Of a stretch of DNA of 64,000 nt, positions 61,197 through 64,000 are shown piece by piece (position 1 is the stretch's first letter; each line of letters starts with the position of its first letter). This DNA is from an uncultured Gammaproteobacteria bacterium (GTDB lineage: Bacteria; Patescibacteriota; Microgenomatia; Levybacterales; GWA1-39-11): the NCBI GenBank assembly GCA_964427615.1, contig CAYRUR010000004.1:10975-74974 (forward strand), given 5' to 3'. Below the pieces are notes generated by a model. That model made no database searches, had not been told where the DNA came from, and saw nothing but the letters and a program-made list of their open reading frames with translations. The translations under genes and the position numbers were made by a program.

Positions 61197-62714
61197 TTAT
61201 GCAAAAGCCCTTTTCGCTTCTCTAATTGCATTGGAGAGTTCTTCAAAAGTTTTGGTATCTATTTTGTCTGTTGAAGCAATTTTCTTGACCAATGCTTTAT
61301 TTCGCGTTTTGATAAATTTGAGCATAGCATTTTCAAATTCCTGTACTTTTTCCGGTGCAATTGAATCCATAAGTCCGGATGAGGCTGCATAAATGCTAAT
61401 TATTTCATCTACCTCATCATATGGTGTGTATTGTGGTTGTTTCATGACTTCTGAAACTCTTTTTCCTCTTTCAATTTGTTTTTGGGTTTCCTCATCTAAA
61501 TCACTTCCGAATTGTGCAAATGCTGCCAAGGCTCTAAATTGTGCAAGTTCTAGCCTGAGTGGTCCTGCAACTTGTTTCATGCGTTTGGTTTGTGCAGCAC
61601 CACCTACACGAGATACAGATACACCTACATTGACTGCTGGTCTTACTCCTGCATTGAAAAGATCTGTTTCTAAAAAGATCTGTCCATCAGTAATGGAAAT
61701 AACGTTGGTAGGAATGTAGGCTGATACATCCCCTGCTTGTGTCTCAATAACCGGTAGAGAAGTGATAGAACCACCACCATTTTTATCAGACATTCTGACA
61801 GATCTTTCAAGAAGACGAGAATGAACATAAAAAATGTCTCCTGGATATGCTTCGCGTCCTGCAGGTCTTCTTAATAGGAGTGACAACTGTCTGTAGGCAG
61901 TTGCGTGTTTTGAAAGGTCATCATAGACTACCAGTACATCTTCTCCTTTTTCCATGAAATACTCGGCAATGGCGGTTGCTGCATAAGGAGCTAAGTATTG
62001 CAGTACTGCAGGGTCTGAAGAGCTGGCTGAAACTATAATGGTATAGTCCATGGCGCCTTCTTCCTGTAATTTAGTAACGGTTCTGGCAACATTCAATCTT
62101 TTCTGTCCAATTGCACAATAAATACAAATGACTTGTTTGAGTCCTAAGTCTTTCTTTTTTTGGTTGATGATGGTATCAATTGCAATAGCTGTTTTTCCGG
62201 TATTTCTGTCACCAATGATAAGCTGTCTTTGACCTCTTCCAATAGGAGTGAGGGCATCAATTGACTTAATACCGGTTTTAAGAGGAGTATCTACAGATTT
62301 TCTTTCAGTTACACCTGCTGCAATTCTCTCAAGAGGATAAAATTGTGCTTTTTTTAATTTGAGCTCTTGTCCATCTAGTGATTCACCAAGAGGATTTACT
62401 ACTCTTCCTAGCATCTCATCTGAGACATTGATGCCTAAAATTCTTCCCGTAGTTTTTACTTTTGTGCCTTCTTTAATTGCAACGCTTTCAGAAAGAGGCA
62501 CAATAGACACAAAATCTTCGCTCAGGTTGAGCACTAGTCCACGTGTCCCGTCTTCAAAAACAACTTCCTCATTGTATCCTGATCCGGAAAGTCCTGATGC
62601 TTGGACAATATCATCACCTACTGACTCGACAATTCCCTCATTTACTACTTGAGGAGTAGTATCCACAGTGAGTAATTGTTCTTCAATTTGCTTTATTAAT
62701 TCTTCTGGTTTCAT
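61197..62714 (-). CDS. atpA: F1Fo ATP synthase subunit alpha
   Basis: P-loop GDRNTGKT. Confidence 0.95.
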   Translation of the reverse strand: MKPEELIKQIEEQLLTVDTTPQVVNEGIVESVGDDIVQASGLSGSGYNEEVVFEDGTRGLVLNLSEDFVSIVPLSESVAIKEGTKVKTTGRILGINVSDEMLGRVVNPLGESLDGQELKLKKAQFYPLERIAAGVTERKSVDTPLKTGIKSIDALTPIGRGQRQLIIGDRNTGKTAIAIDTIINQKKKDLGLKQVICIYCAIGQKRLNVARTVTKLQEEGAMDYTIIVSASSSDPAVLQYLAPYAATAIAEYFMEKGEDVLVVYDDLSKHATAYRQLSLLLRRPAGREAYPGDIFYVHSRLLERSVRMSDKNGGGSITSLPVIETQAGDVSAYIPTNVISITDGQIFLETDLFNAGVRPAVNVGVSVSRVGGAAQTKRMKQVAGPLRLELAQFRALAAFAQFGSDLDEETQKQIERGKRVSEVMKQPQYTPYDEVDEIISIYAASSGLMDSIAPEKVQEFENAMLKFIKTRNKALVKKIASTDKIDTKTFEELSNAIREAKRAFA

Positions 62715-63067
62715 AAATTTTTTGCTAATTGCTGGACTGTATATTTAATCCTATTTTTTACACTAAAATCAAGAACATTGTCTCCATTTTTGACTTTGAT
62801 TCCGCCAATAAGCGAGGGATCTTTTTCTACCAGGATTTCCTTTCTTGGAAAAACAGTGGCAAGTTCTTTCTTAAGTTTCTCAATTTCTCCCTCTGATATG
62901 GTAACATAAATTTGCTTTTTGGCAAGTTCTTTTTTTAAGAAAAAGAGTAATTTTTTTAAGTCTGCTTTTTTAAATTGTGCCAGAAGTTCACTAGCAAGTT
63001 TTTTCTCCAAACTTCCTTTTTGCACAATCTCAGCTGCTAACTGTTTTAACAGTTCTTCTTTTCTCAT
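62711..63067 (-). CDS. atpH: F1Fo ATP synthase subunit delta (short form)
   Basis: Sits between atpF and atpA in the canonical order; C-terminal OSCP-like helices. Confidence 0.6.
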   Translation of the reverse strand: MRKEELLKQLAAEIVQKGSLEKKLASELLAQFKKADLKKLLFFLKKELAKKQIYVTISEGEIEKLKKELATVFPRKEILVEKDPSLIGGIKVKNGDNVLDFSVKNRIKYTVQQLAKNL

Positions 63068-63564
63068 AAGCTCTTTATTTTTTGCATGCTTCTTTTAACA
63101 ATTTTATCTTTCTCTTCTTTAGTGAAAATATCACCTGTAACTTGTTCAAGAATTTTTTCTGACAAGGCAAGGGAGAGTTTTTGTGCTTGAGTTTGCATTT
63201 TCTCAAACTCAAGCTCTGCTTGTTCTTTTGCGTTGTGAATTATTTTTTCAGCTTCATCTCTCCCTTGTGTCAGAATCTCTTCACGCATTTGTTGCGCTGT
63301 TTCTTTTGTCTCATCTAAAATTTTTCTTGCTTCCTCACTTGCGTTTTTCAAAATCATATCTCGTTCTGTCTCAGCACGGAGGCGATCCTCTGCTGCTTTT
63401 TGAGCATCAGAGAGCCCTTGCGCAATTTTTTTCTGTCTTTCTTGCAGCACAGTAAGTATCGGCTTATACAAAAATCTTTTGAATAGATAAGCCAATATTA
63501 AAAAATTAACTATTTGTGCTATAAATAGCATTGGATTAAATCCAAAGCTTCTTAAAATTTCCAT
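63064..63564 (-). CDS. atpF: F1Fo ATP synthase subunit b
   Basis: An N-terminal TM helix followed by a long charged coiled coil. Confidence 0.65.
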   Translation of the reverse strand: MEILRSFGFNPMLFIAQIVNFLILAYLFKRFLYKPILTVLQERQKKIAQGLSDAQKAAEDRLRAETERDMILKNASEEARKILDETKETAQQMREEILTQGRDEAEKIIHNAKEQAELEFEKMQTQAQKLSLALSEKILEQVTGDIFTKEEKDKIVKRSMQKIKSL

Positions 63565-63568
63565 AGTA

Positions 63569-63775
63569 CTAACCTATAAAGGCCAAAATTAAGGAATAGA
63601 TTGCAATAGATTCTGCAAAAGCCATTCCCAAAAGCATGGCCGGAAGGACTTTATTGGATGATTCTGGATTTCGTCCAATAGATTCCATTGCTTTATAACC
63701 AATAAGTCCGATTGCTATTCCAGGTGCAAGACCTCCAATAGCGACGATAAGACCACCGGTAATTGAAAATTCCAT
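63569..63775 (-). CDS. atpE: F1Fo ATP synthase subunit c
   Basis: GLAPGIAIGLIGYKAMESIGRNPE ... hairpin with the conserved carboxylate helix. Confidence 0.85.
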   Translation of the reverse strand: MEFSITGGLIVAIGGLAPGIAIGLIGYKAMESIGRNPESSNKVLPAMLLGMAFAESIAIYSLILAFIG

Positions 63776-64000
63776 TTAGTGCTCACCTCCTTCTTCTACA
63801 TGATGCGGCATAATAAGGATTGACATAAATACCATAGTAAGCATGGCAAAAACCAATGCTTGTACAAATGCAACAATAGTTTCTAGTAACATAAAAGGTA
63901 TTGGCGCAATAAACGCAAGCAGGGATGATATGGTGGAAAGAGCAACCTCTCCTGCATAAATATTGCCAAATAACCTGAAAGAGAACGACAACAATTTCGT
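63776..64000 (-). CDS. atpB: F1Fo ATP synthase subunit a, C-terminal part; N-terminus lies beyond the window
   Basis: Conserved LSFSFRLFGNIYAGE (the essential-Arg motif); the ORF is open at the window edge. Confidence 0.7.
   Translation of the reverse strand, partial: TKLLSFSFRLFGNIYAGEVALSTISSLLAFIAPIPFMLLETIVAFVQALVFAMLTMVFMSILIMPHHVEEGGEH

Overview
This is a 64 kb window of a low-GC, gene-dense genome. I did not compute base composition; by eye the background is in the mid-30s % G+C. Genes are short, compact and often overlap by a few bases (ATGA/TAATG junctions). Several enzymes have reduced domain architectures, and a DUF4012 protein is present. Together these point most plausibly to an ultrasmall Candidate Phyla Radiation / Patescibacteria-like bacterium; this is inference. 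TGA and TAG both act as ordinary stop codons (for example the ATGA overlap at mraY/ftsW), so the genetic code is standard.

The window contains, in order:
- 1-15068: a large surface-glycan locus. It holds GT4 and GT2 glycosyltransferases, hexapeptide acetyltransferases, a 1022-aa protein that fuses an O-antigen-ligase-like half to a GT-C-like half, a second GT-C-like membrane protein, a GDP-mannose pyrophosphorylase-like enzyme, a WbaP/PglC-type sugar transferase and a DUF4012 protein.
- 15068-15598: recO.
- 15600-16900: a compositionally anomalous island that is visibly GC-richer. It carries an unrecognisable Cys-rich 286-aa ORF preceded by a hairpin-dense ~300-nt leader.
- 16969-18739: glyQS (eukaryote-type glycyl-tRNA synthetase) followed by a MazG-like gene.
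- 19594-36177: a complete division/cell-wall (dcw) cluster in the order mraZ-rsmH-ftsL-ftsI-murE-murC-murA-split glmU-murF-like-mraY-ftsW-murG-ftsQ-like-ftsA-ftsZ. It has a 10-bp-periodic AAAGTGG triple repeat in front of mraZ. The MurE homolog lacks its N-terminal domain. A membrane-anchored Mur ligase with a degenerate P-loop sits in the murF position.
- 36180-42600: an accessory stretch. It contains a small basic hypothetical protein, an ANT(2'')-like nucleotidyltransferase interrupted by one in-frame TAG, a divergent 2H phosphoesterase, a GC-elevated secreted protein, an APH-fold kinase, an FAD oxidoreductase and an acyltransferase-3.
- 42661-48682: ileS, a second SEDS (RodA-like) gene, rplU, rpmA, parB and lepB.
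- 48851-48924: tRNA-Val(CAC), followed by 480 bp of AT-rich spacer.
- 49407-57730: a second glycan locus. It holds a GT2-flippase fusion, an acetyltransferase, GT4, two GT2, a GT-C-like protein and an O-antigen ligase.
- 57756-64000 (minus strand): a protein with Ig-like repeats followed by the complete F1Fo ATP synthase operon atpB(partial)-E-F-H-A-G-D-C.

I found no CRISPR array, rRNA, transposase or integrase.
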